DNA of 52,692 bases from NCBI GenBank assembly GCA_016794365.1, contig JAEUKB010000025.1, positions 1 to 52,692 of the forward strand, written 5' to 3'. Each line of letters starts with the position of its first letter. Within the stretch, counting starts at the first letter, position 1. Both the position numbers and the translations under genes were made by a program. Of the stretch, positions 45,940-52,692 are shown in pieces. The DNA comes from Myxococcales bacterium (GTDB lineage: Bacteria; Myxococcota_A; Polyangia; Palsa-1104; JAEUJZ01). The notes beneath the pieces were generated by a model, which searched no databases, was not told the origin of the DNA, and was given only the letters and a program-made list of their open reading frames with translations.

Positions 45940-46698
45940 ATGAGAAAATATCTAATCGAGAGTTTATCTTTCCTAAAGTCACGCTTCACTCGCTTGGTGT
46001 GCGCTGCTGCGCTGCTGGGCGCTTCTGTCGGTGGTTGTGGTTCCGTCACAGAGCAAGAGCTGACCCTCGCTGAGCAGACCCTTCACTACGATCTGACGCT
46101 GAACCTGAGCATCCCGCCTGCGTATCAAGGACTGAAGGTCACTTGTTCCAATGGTTTTATCCAGTGCTCGGCCTTGCCGGGCTTATTGGGATTGACCAGC
46201 AGCTATCAAGTGACTGGACTGTGCGATGAGCCAACCATGCTCTGCGCAGGCGATATCAAGCTGCTTGTACTGTTTGTGGTCGATTTCTCGCAAGATCCAG
46301 CGTTCACCACCGGCTTTGCGCAGTCCAATGCAGACAATATGCGAGATGTGCAGCTTTTCTATACAGCGCAAAATGGTGTCGATATCGATATCACCAAGAT
46401 TGAAACCTACATTGGTCCCGATGGCATTCGCAGCACAACCGATCCGCGTGCTGTGTACTTAGGAACCGTCGGACCGCTGCCGCGCAAAGGTCAGATTGGC
46501 GACAATGGCAACCCGCTGCCCGTGCCCGACGGCTCGCCTGCGCACAGTGTCTTCGTGAGCGCCATGCGAGATCCGTCCAAGCCGCTAAACGTGCTGATGG
46601 CTGTGACGGCGCGCTATATCTCCGGCGATCCGGTTCCGTCGAAAGGCACGATTGATGTCAAGCTCAAGCCCGTCGTGAAGATGCTCAAGAAAGACTAG
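45940..46698 (+). CDS. Hypothetical lipoprotein with noticeably lower GC than its neighbours
   Basis: 252 aa. Signal plus lipobox (LLGASVGGC). Preceded by about 100 nt of AT-rich DNA (45838-45939). Codon usage visibly favours A/T-ending codons more than neighbouring genes do. Confidence 0.5.
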   Translation: MRKYLIESLSFLKSRFTRLVCAAALLGASVGGCGSVTEQELTLAEQTLHYDLTLNLSIPPAYQGLKVTCSNGFIQCSALPGLLGLTSSYQVTGLCDEPTMLCAGDIKLLVLFVVDFSQDPAFTTGFAQSNADNMRDVQLFYTAQNGVDIDITKIETYIGPDGIRSTTDPRAVYLGTVGPLPRKGQIGDNGNPLPVPDGSPAHSVFVSAMRDPSKPLNVLMAVTARYISGDPVPSKGTIDVKLKPVVKMLKKD

Positions 46699-46713
46699 CG
46701 CACCGACGGGAAT

Positions 46714-47931
46714 CTACAGCGACTCGGGCAAGCTGTGCGCTCGATCGTGCGACGCATCCCGAGAGAGCTTGTCGCGCTGGCTCGTCGTGATCGAAAACAG
46801 ACCGACGCGCAGACCTCCGTTTCGTAGCCAGTATTCGTCGGAAATCACGCCAGCCGCCTGCGCAAGCTGTCGCTGCGTGGTCAGCACAGCCAGACGAAAG
46901 CCCGCTGATCGTCGCTGTAACATCCCAAGTGCTCGATACAGACCGACGAGCCGAGGCTCTTTCAGTCGCTTTCCATACGGCGGATTGCACAGGATCAAGC
47001 CCGATTCCACCGAGGGCAGCTTCAGCTTCTGGACCTCGACGCAGTGCAGCTCCAGATGTTGCAGCACGCCTGCTCGCTCGGCATTGCGACGGGCCAGCGC
47101 GATGACCTCGGGATCGCGATCGCTTGCGAAGATGGGTCGGGGCAGGGCGGTCTGTTCCTGCGACTTGGCCTCGTCGAGAAGCTTCTGCCACAGCGTCGCA
47201 TCGTGTCCCGGCCAGTCAAAGAATGCAAAGCGACGGTACAGCCCCGGCGCGCGTCCCAGCAAGATGTGTGCAGCCTCGATCGCCAGCGTCGCTGAGCCAC
47301 ACATTGGATCGCACAGCGTCTGATTCGGCTGAAAACCCGAAAGACGCAACAGCGCTGGAGCCAGCGTCTCTCGCAGCGGTGCGCCACCGTCTTGCTGACG
47401 ATACCCGCGTCGGTGAAGCAGCTCTCCCGACGAATCCACCGAGAGCGTGAAGCGATCCGATTCCCCACGAATCAGCACATGAAAAAGTGGTGCGCTTTCG
47501 TCGTGAGTGATGACGATTCCCGCGTCTTGCAGTGCGCCTTCGACACGCTCGGCGAGCGCGCCGGTATGAATCAGCCGACAGCGATGTGCCGTCGCTGAAA
47601 CCTTCAGACGAACCGGCTGCTTTACAAAATACGACCAGCGCAGCGCAGCCGTCTTCCGTCGCAGCTCCTCGAAGTGAACAGCCACGATAGAACCGACGCG
47701 CAGCAGCACTCGCGTCGCCAGCCGGGTCCACAAGCTCACGCGGTACAGCGTGCAGAGATCTCCACGCAGCGTCACACCACCCGGAACCAGCGTCGGCGAA
47801 GCCGCCGGAACCAGCGTCGATAACTCTTGATGTAGACACTGCTCTAGCGACGGTGGAGCAATCGCGAACAGCTCAAACTGCGTCGAGGATCGCAAAGAAG
47901 CGCTCCACTTCGCTCGGCAGATTGAAGGCAT
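46714..47931 (-). CDS. THUMP-domain class I SAM-dependent RNA methyltransferase (RlmL/RlmKL-like, m2G type)
   Basis: Motifs DPMCGSATLAIEAA (SAM binding) and ILCNPPYGKRL (NPPY catalytic) with an N-terminal THUMP-like region. Start chosen at the Met of MPSICRAKW (47931). This gives a 59-nt overlap with the upstream aminotransferase gene, so the real start may be a non-ATG codon further in. Confidence 0.7.
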   Translation of the reverse strand: MPSICRAKWSASLRSSTQFELFAIAPPSLEQCLHQELSTLVPAASPTLVPGGVTLRGDLCTLYRVSLWTRLATRVLLRVGSIVAVHFEELRRKTAALRWSYFVKQPVRLKVSATAHRCRLIHTGALAERVEGALQDAGIVITHDESAPLFHVLIRGESDRFTLSVDSSGELLHRRGYRQQDGGAPLRETLAPALLRLSGFQPNQTLCDPMCGSATLAIEAAHILLGRAPGLYRRFAFFDWPGHDATLWQKLLDEAKSQEQTALPRPIFASDRDPEVIALARRNAERAGVLQHLELHCVEVQKLKLPSVESGLILCNPPYGKRLKEPRLVGLYRALGMLQRRSAGFRLAVLTTQRQLAQAAGVISDEYWLRNGGLRVGLFSITTSQRDKLSRDASHDRAHSLPESL

Positions 47932-49015
47932 GGGGAGCCAATCGAATCCCGCCCGCTCGCCGAGCAAACGCAACCTTGTGGGCACTGAGTCGCGCAGCCA
48001 CCGACGCCAGATCCTGTCGCGGCACAAACGTCACGATCGGTGATCGCAACGCGCTTCCCACCGGCAGCAGCAGCTTTGCTCCTCGCGTCGCCAGCCCCGT
48101 GATCAGCCGATCCGAGATCGCCAGCGCGGCCTGATGAAGCTGATCGATGCCAAACGAAAGCAGCCAATCGATCGCAGCTCCCGTAGCGACGGCAGAAAGC
48201 AGCGGTGGTGAGCCCGGTTCAAACCTCTTTGCGTCGGGCCGTGGCGTTTTTCGTGGGTCCACGGCTTCTTCCGGCGTTCCGTACGTCATCGCACCGTGAA
48301 GCAGCGGCTGTAGCTCTGCGGCTCGTCCCGGCGCGAGCGCCAGCACACCTTGACCGAGCGGACCACACAGCCACTTGTGCGCTCCACCGCAGACCGCATC
48401 GACGCCCATCGTCAGCAGATCGAAGGGCAGCACGCCGAGTCCCTGGATCGCATCGACGACCAGCCATGCTCCGTAGCGACGACACGCCTGGCTGAGCGCC
48501 GCCAGATCGAGCACAGCACCCGTCTGAAACTGCACCCACGAAACAGCGACCACGCGCGTCTGCGGACCGATTGCAGCCAGTACACTTTCCGTCGGAAGAC
48601 TCAAGTCGGGTTGTGACTGGACCACGCGCAAAAGTGCATTCGATCGCTGCGCAGCGACGTACCATGGATACGCGTTCGACGGATATTCTTGATCCGTGGT
48701 GACGATCTCGTCGCCGGGCCGAAGGTGAAGCCCGAGCGCCACTTGCGAGATCGCCGCTGCGCAGGTCTGCATCAGCGATACATCTTCGGTTCGCGCTCCG
48801 ATCAGACGAGAAAACGATACGCGGGCTTGTTCATACTGACGGAAGGCATTGTCCAAATCGAACCAGCCGTGTCGCAGATGCTGGCTCATTCGCTGGATCG
48901 CAGCCTCGGCAGACAGACACATCGGAGCGACGCCTGCGTTATTGAACAACAACACTTCGCGCTCAATCGCAAAGCCGGAACGGAACTGCTCACCGACGGA
49001 CTGTGCTGTGCTCAT
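47873..49015 (-). CDS. Class V aminotransferase (cysteine desulfurase/SufS-like fold)
   Basis: 380 aa. The PLP-lysine motif GGAHKWLCGPLGQG and the overall AAT class V pattern are present. Confidence 0.75.
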   Translation of the reverse strand: MSTAQSVGEQFRSGFAIEREVLLFNNAGVAPMCLSAEAAIQRMSQHLRHGWFDLDNAFRQYEQARVSFSRLIGARTEDVSLMQTCAAAISQVALGLHLRPGDEIVTTDQEYPSNAYPWYVAAQRSNALLRVVQSQPDLSLPTESVLAAIGPQTRVVAVSWVQFQTGAVLDLAALSQACRRYGAWLVVDAIQGLGVLPFDLLTMGVDAVCGGAHKWLCGPLGQGVLALAPGRAAELQPLLHGAMTYGTPEEAVDPRKTPRPDAKRFEPGSPPLLSAVATGAAIDWLLSFGIDQLHQAALAISDRLITGLATRGAKLLLPVGSALRSPIVTFVPRQDLASVAARLSAHKVAFARRAGGIRLAPHAFNLPSEVERFFAILDAV

Positions 49016-49021
49016 CTGGGG

Positions 49022-50129
49022 TTATCCTGCGGCCTGAATCAGGTAGGCTTTGATAAACTCGTCCAAGTCTCCGTCGAGCACCGCATCCACATTGCCCAGC
49101 TTTAGCTCGCTGCGGTGATCGGTCACCAGTCGATATGGTGCCAGCACGTACGAACGAATCTGGCTGCCCCACTCGATCGACTTTTTGTGGCTGTTCGCTT
49201 CGTCGAGCTTGGCTTCTTGCTCGCGTAGCTTTTGGGCATAGAGCATCGCGCGCAGCATCTTCATCGCCGTCGAGCGGTTCTTGTGCTGCGATCGCTCGGA
49301 CTGACATTTTGCGACGAGCCCCGACGGCTTGTGAATGATCCGGACCGCGCTCTCGGTCTTGTTGACGTGCTGACCACCGGCACCGCCCGAGCGCATCGTC
49401 TGCACTTCCAGGTCATCGTCTTTGATATCGATCTCGATCGAGTCGTCGATTTCGGGATAGACATACACCGCCGCAAACGCTGTATGTCGTCGTGCATTCG
49501 AGTCAAACGGCGAGATCCGCACCAGTCGATGCACTCCGCTTTCCGCCTTCAGATACCCGAATGAGTTGAGCCCACGCACCGCGAAGCTTACCGACTTGAT
49601 GCCCGCTTCTTCGCCATCTTGCAGATCCAGCTCTTCGATCGCGAAGCCACGTCGCTCGGCCCAGCGATAATACATCCGACGGAGCATATCGGCCCAGTCT
49701 TGCGCATCGACGCCACCGGCTCCGGCATTGATCGATACGAGCGCGTCGGTGTGATCCTGTTCGCCCGACAGCATCCGTCGCAGCTCCATCGCAGCTACGC
49801 CCTCTTCGATGCGCGAAGCGTTGGTCTGCGCTTCCGTCGCTGAGCCTTCATCCTGCGCTTCTTCCGCTAGCTCCAGCAGCACGGACGCATCTTGTAGCTC
49901 GCGCTGAAGACGATTCCATTCTCCGACGACTTGCTTGTGTCCGGCTTGCTCTCGCAGGACCGTCTGCGCTTTGTCCTGCTGATTCCAGAACGCCGGATCC
50001 GACGAGATCTGTTCGATTTCGAGCAGCCGCTCTTCCAGCTTCTCGATGTCAAAGATGCCCTCGAAGAGCAGTCAGTCGCTCCCCGAGGGACTCTAGAAGT
50101 TGATGGGTCTTTTGAGTCTCAATCGCCAT
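49022..50129 (-). CDS. prfB: Peptide chain release factor 2, requires a programmed +1 ribosomal frameshift
   Basis: Frame 0 runs from the ATG at 50129..50127 through MAIETQKTHQLLESLGERLTALRGHL to CTT (50054..50052) followed by TGA (50051..50049). The +1 frame is open from GAC (50050..50048) to the stop at 49022 and contains the SPFDSNARRHT and RSGGAGGQHVNKTESAVR motifs. The site CTT-TGA-C, with GAGGG 3 nt upstream, matches the canonical prfB shift site. The track only shows the 286-aa tail (49022..49882). Confidence 0.9.
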
Positions 50130-50376
50130 GTGGAGGCAAGGAACTAGCACAAAAGGAAGCCTGCGCGGTGTGAATCGGACCGGCTGCGCAAACCCTCGAA
50201 CTGAGCAGCTAAGATCGCAACTCGTAGCATGGTCGGACCAAAAAGCGGGCTGATTTTGAGGTGTTATCTACGGCTTTTGGCTCGGTCAGATGCTCGTCGC
50301 TGTGGAGCTTGACCCTTGCGCAAACGGCGCAGGTGGTGGTATAGGCGGAGATACATTTTGGTAGGAATCCACGGAA

Positions 50377-50407
50377 GGTGGGCCCGCCCGGACCCGCCTT
50401 TTTTTTT
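50377..50407 (+). terminator. GC-rich hairpin followed by T9 in the rimP leader (candidate intrinsic terminator or attenuator)
   Basis: GGUGGG (50377-50382) can pair with CCCGCC (50393-50398) around a 10-nt loop. This is followed immediately by TTTTTTTTT (50399-50407), 12 nt before the rimP ATG. Confidence 0.4.
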
Positions 50408-50418
50408 CGAAAGAAGCC

Positions 50419-50934
50419 ATGCGACCCGTTGACCTCAAAGCCCTTACCAAGCTGATCGAGCCCGCCGTAGACGGCCAAGGCTACGAGCTTGTCGATCTGG
50501 AATGGACCAGCGCCCCAAGTGGCACGGTGCTGCGCGTGACCATCGATCGGCTGCCAGGACAAGGACACGTTTCGCATCAAGACTGCGTGGCGATCTCTCG
50601 CGAGGTATCGGCGCTGCTTGATGTGCATGATCCGCTGCCCGGTGCGTACAGCTTGGAAGTGAGCTCGCCTGGGGTCGATCGTCCGCTCAAGAAGTCGTCG
50701 GACTTTGCGCGCTTTGTTGGAAAAAAGGCCAAGGTTCGACTTCGTCCTGACGCGGAGCAGTCTTTCGCGCTGCAAGGCCCGCGAGCGACAGACTCGGTGC
50801 CGCGCCGTAATTTTTCGGGAACCATTGAGTCGGTCGAAAACGATCGGGTCAAGATCTCGGTCGAGGGTGCTGGCACGTTTGAACTTGTCGTCGGTGAAAT
50901 CGAAAAAGCAAACGCGGTATTTGAGTTCGTCTGA
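50419..50934 (+). CDS. rimP: Ribosome maturation factor RimP
   Basis: 171 aa. The LEVSSPGVDRPL motif and its position directly upstream of nusA are as expected for rimP. Confidence 0.85.
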   Translation: MRPVDLKALTKLIEPAVDGQGYELVDLEWTSAPSGTVLRVTIDRLPGQGHVSHQDCVAISREVSALLDVHDPLPGAYSLEVSSPGVDRPLKKSSDFARFVGKKAKVRLRPDAEQSFALQGPRATDSVPRRNFSGTIESVENDRVKISVEGAGTFELVVGEIEKANAVFEFV

Positions 50935-51005
50935 CAGCAGCTAGAAACGCACAGGCCAAGACGAATCGGCCAGGACGCACAGGCCAGGAAGCAAGGTAAT
51001 ACGCG

Positions 51006-52628
51006 ATGCAACCCAACCTCTCGATGGTGCTTGAGCAAGTAGGCAAGGACAAAGGGATCGATAAAAAGGTCCTGGTCCAGACGCTCGAGCAGGCCATCAT
51101 GACCGCCGCAAAAAAGGTCTTTGGTCTCGAGCGTGAGCTGGAAGCACAGTTCAACGAAGAGACCGGACAAGTAGACCTGTTTCAGGTCTGCATTGTTACC
51201 GAAACGGCGGGCATCAAGGGTCGTGACATTGCCAAGGTAGATGCCGACCGTCAGGGTCTGCGCGCCGAGGTAGGCGACGAGCTGCTGTTCCAGATCTTCT
51301 ACACCGACGGTGATGCCGACAAAGCCTCGGAGCAAGAGCGCAAGTACGGCGACATCCTGGATCTGCACGACACCATCAAGCGCTTTGGTCGCATCGCGGC
51401 TCAGACGGCCAAGCAGGTGATCATCCAGCGCATTCGCGAGGCCGAGCGCGAAAACACCTTCAACGAATATCGCGATCGCAAAGGCGAGCTGATCAACGGC
51501 ACCGTGCGTCGTTTTGAGCGCGGCAACATCATCGTCGAGCTGGGCAAGACCGAGGCCATTTTGCCCGCCCGTGAGCAAGTTCCGCGTGAAAACTATCGAA
51601 TCGGCGATCGCATCATGGCCTACGTCGTCGATATCGAAAAAAATGCGCGCGGTCCGCAGATTGTGCTGTCGCGTGCCTCGAAGGGCCTGCTCGAAAAGCT
51701 GTTCGAGCAAGAGGTCAGCGAGATCTACGAAAAGATCGTGCGCATCGAGTCATCGGCTCGGGAGCCCGGCTCTCGCAGCAAGATCGCGGTCAGCAGTCGC
51801 GATCGCGATGTCGATCCGGTCGGTGCTTGCGTCGGTATCAAAGGCTCGCGCGTCCAAGCCGTTGTCCAAGAGCTGCGCGGCGAAAAGATCGACATTGTTC
51901 CGTACAGCGAAGATCCAGCGCGATTTGTTTGTAATGCGATTGCTCCGGCGGAAGTGTCTCGCGTCGTGATTGATGCCGAAAATCACACGATGGAGCTGAT
52001 CGTTCCCGACGACAAGCTAAGCTTGGCCATCGGCAAAAAAGGTCAGAATGTCCGTCTTGCGTCGCAGCTGACTGGCTGGCGCATCGACATCCATGCCGAA
52101 AGCCGTGTGCGCGAGATGGAACAGGTCGAGCGTCAGGTTCTGGCTGGACTCGATGGCTCGTCGGAAGAGATGTCGAGCACGCTGTTCCGGCTGGGCTGGC
52201 GATCGGTGTCGGATCTGGCGGAAGCGCGAATTGATGATCTGCGCAACGTGCCCGGCGTCGGTGGTGAGGCTGGTGCGATTCGCCTAAAAGATGCCGCGCT
52301 TCAGTTTGTGAACGAAGAGCGTCGCAAGCGTGGTGAGCCGCCGCTTCAGCCGTCGGAGCGTCCTGCCCGTTCAGAGCTTGCTGCGAGTGGTCCAGCTCGT
52401 CATGAGCCGGCGCAGAGCCGAGGTTCGTCGCGGGGCGGATCGTCGAATCCACTGCCCGGCATCGATCCAGACATTGTCTCTCGACTGATGGATGCTGGAT
52501 ACACGACGCTGGAATCGATGGAAGAAGAGGATGAAGAGCGGCTGGCTCAGGCTGCCGATCTCACCCTCGATGAAGCACGAGATGTGAAGCGTCGTGTGAC
52601 GCGACTTTTAACGCGGGGTAACCGCTAA
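51006..52628 (+). CDS. nusA: Transcription termination/antitermination factor NusA
   Basis: 540 aa. N-terminal domain, S1 domain, two KH domains (including [10 protein letters not shown] and [18 protein letters not shown]), and an acidic C-terminal repeat region. Confidence 0.9.
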   Translation: MQPNLSMVLEQVGKDKGIDKKVLVQTLEQAIMTAAKKVFGLERELEAQFNEETGQVDLFQVCIVTETAGIKGRDIAKVDADRQGLRAEVGDELLFQIFYTDGDADKASEQERKYGDILDLHDTIKRFGRIAAQTAKQVIIQRIREAERENTFNEYRDRKGELINGTVRRFERGNIIVELGKTEAILPAREQVPRENYRIGDRIMAYVVDIEKNARGPQIVLSRASKGLLEKLFEQEVSEIYEKIVRIESSAREPGSRSKIAVSSRDRDVDPVGACVGIKGSRVQAVVQELRGEKIDIVPYSEDPARFVCNAIAPAEVSRVVIDAENHTMELIVPDDKLSLAIGKKGQNVRLASQLTGWRIDIHAESRVREMEQVERQVLAGLDGSSEEMSSTLFRLGWRSVSDLAEARIDDLRNVPGVGGEAGAIRLKDAALQFVNEERRKRGEPPLQPSERPARSELAASGPARHEPAQSRGSSRGGSSNPLPGIDPDIVSRLMDAGYTTLESMEEEDEERLAQAADLTLDEARDVKRRVTRLLTRGNR

Positions 52629-52682
52629 ACAGGGCGGAACGAGGAACACCAGTCGTGGAAGCCTTCACAGCAGCTCCAAGTG

Positions 52683-52692
52683 ATGAGCAAAC
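52683..52692 (+). CDS. infB: Possible 5' end of infB (translation initiation factor IF-2), truncated by the window edge
   Basis: ATG-AGC-AAA (MSK) begins at 52683, and infB conventionally follows rimP-nusA. Only 10 nt are available. An alternative GTG at 52655 has a better SD (GAGGAA). Confidence 0.25.

Noticed and set aside
50130-50418. Possible tRNA (metY-like) upstream of rimP, as in the E. coli metY-rimP-nusA-infB operon
   Set aside because: No TPsiC-loop consensus (GGTTCRANYCC), no D-loop or anticodon-arm pattern and no CCA-adjacent acceptor stem could be found by eye. Only the terminator-like hairpin plus T9 is present.

Overview
This 52.7 kb window is high-GC (roughly 65-68%), gene-dense chromosomal DNA. 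It looks like a myxobacterium (Myxococcota), on three grounds: very many lipoproteins with L-x-G/A-C lipoboxes; a serine/threonine kinase plus a sigma-54 enhancer-binding protein; and cysteine-rich repeats of the Myxococcus type. I support about 46 protein-coding genes and found no rRNA, tRNA or CRISPR array.

The conserved housekeeping genes are prfB (with its programmed +1 frameshift), rimP-nusA and the first codons of infB, trpS, malQ, lexA, rnhA, engB, a YdeP/FdhF-like molybdoenzyme with fdhD, and a MoaD-MoaE fusion. A likely accessory or secreted block spans 23.2-35.1 kb. It holds a 1194-aa cysteine-rich repeat protein, an alpha/beta hydrolase, a polytopic membrane protein that may be a GT-C glycosyltransferase, and two zinc metalloproteases (DUF4953-type and M4 thermolysin-type).

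Non-coding items that stand out are three tandem AT-rich palindromic 49-nt repeats between lexA and the molybdoenzyme gene; a roughly 450 bp low-GC island carrying an 18-bp perfect inverted-repeat element next to a truncated FG-GAP paralog; a textbook sigma-54 -24/-12 promoter; a candidate LexA operator; a 13-mer tandem repeated four times ahead of trpS; and a hairpin plus T9 element in the rimP leader. Many of the long ORFs in the supplied track are antisense or alternate-frame artefacts typical of high-GC DNA, and I did not call them.
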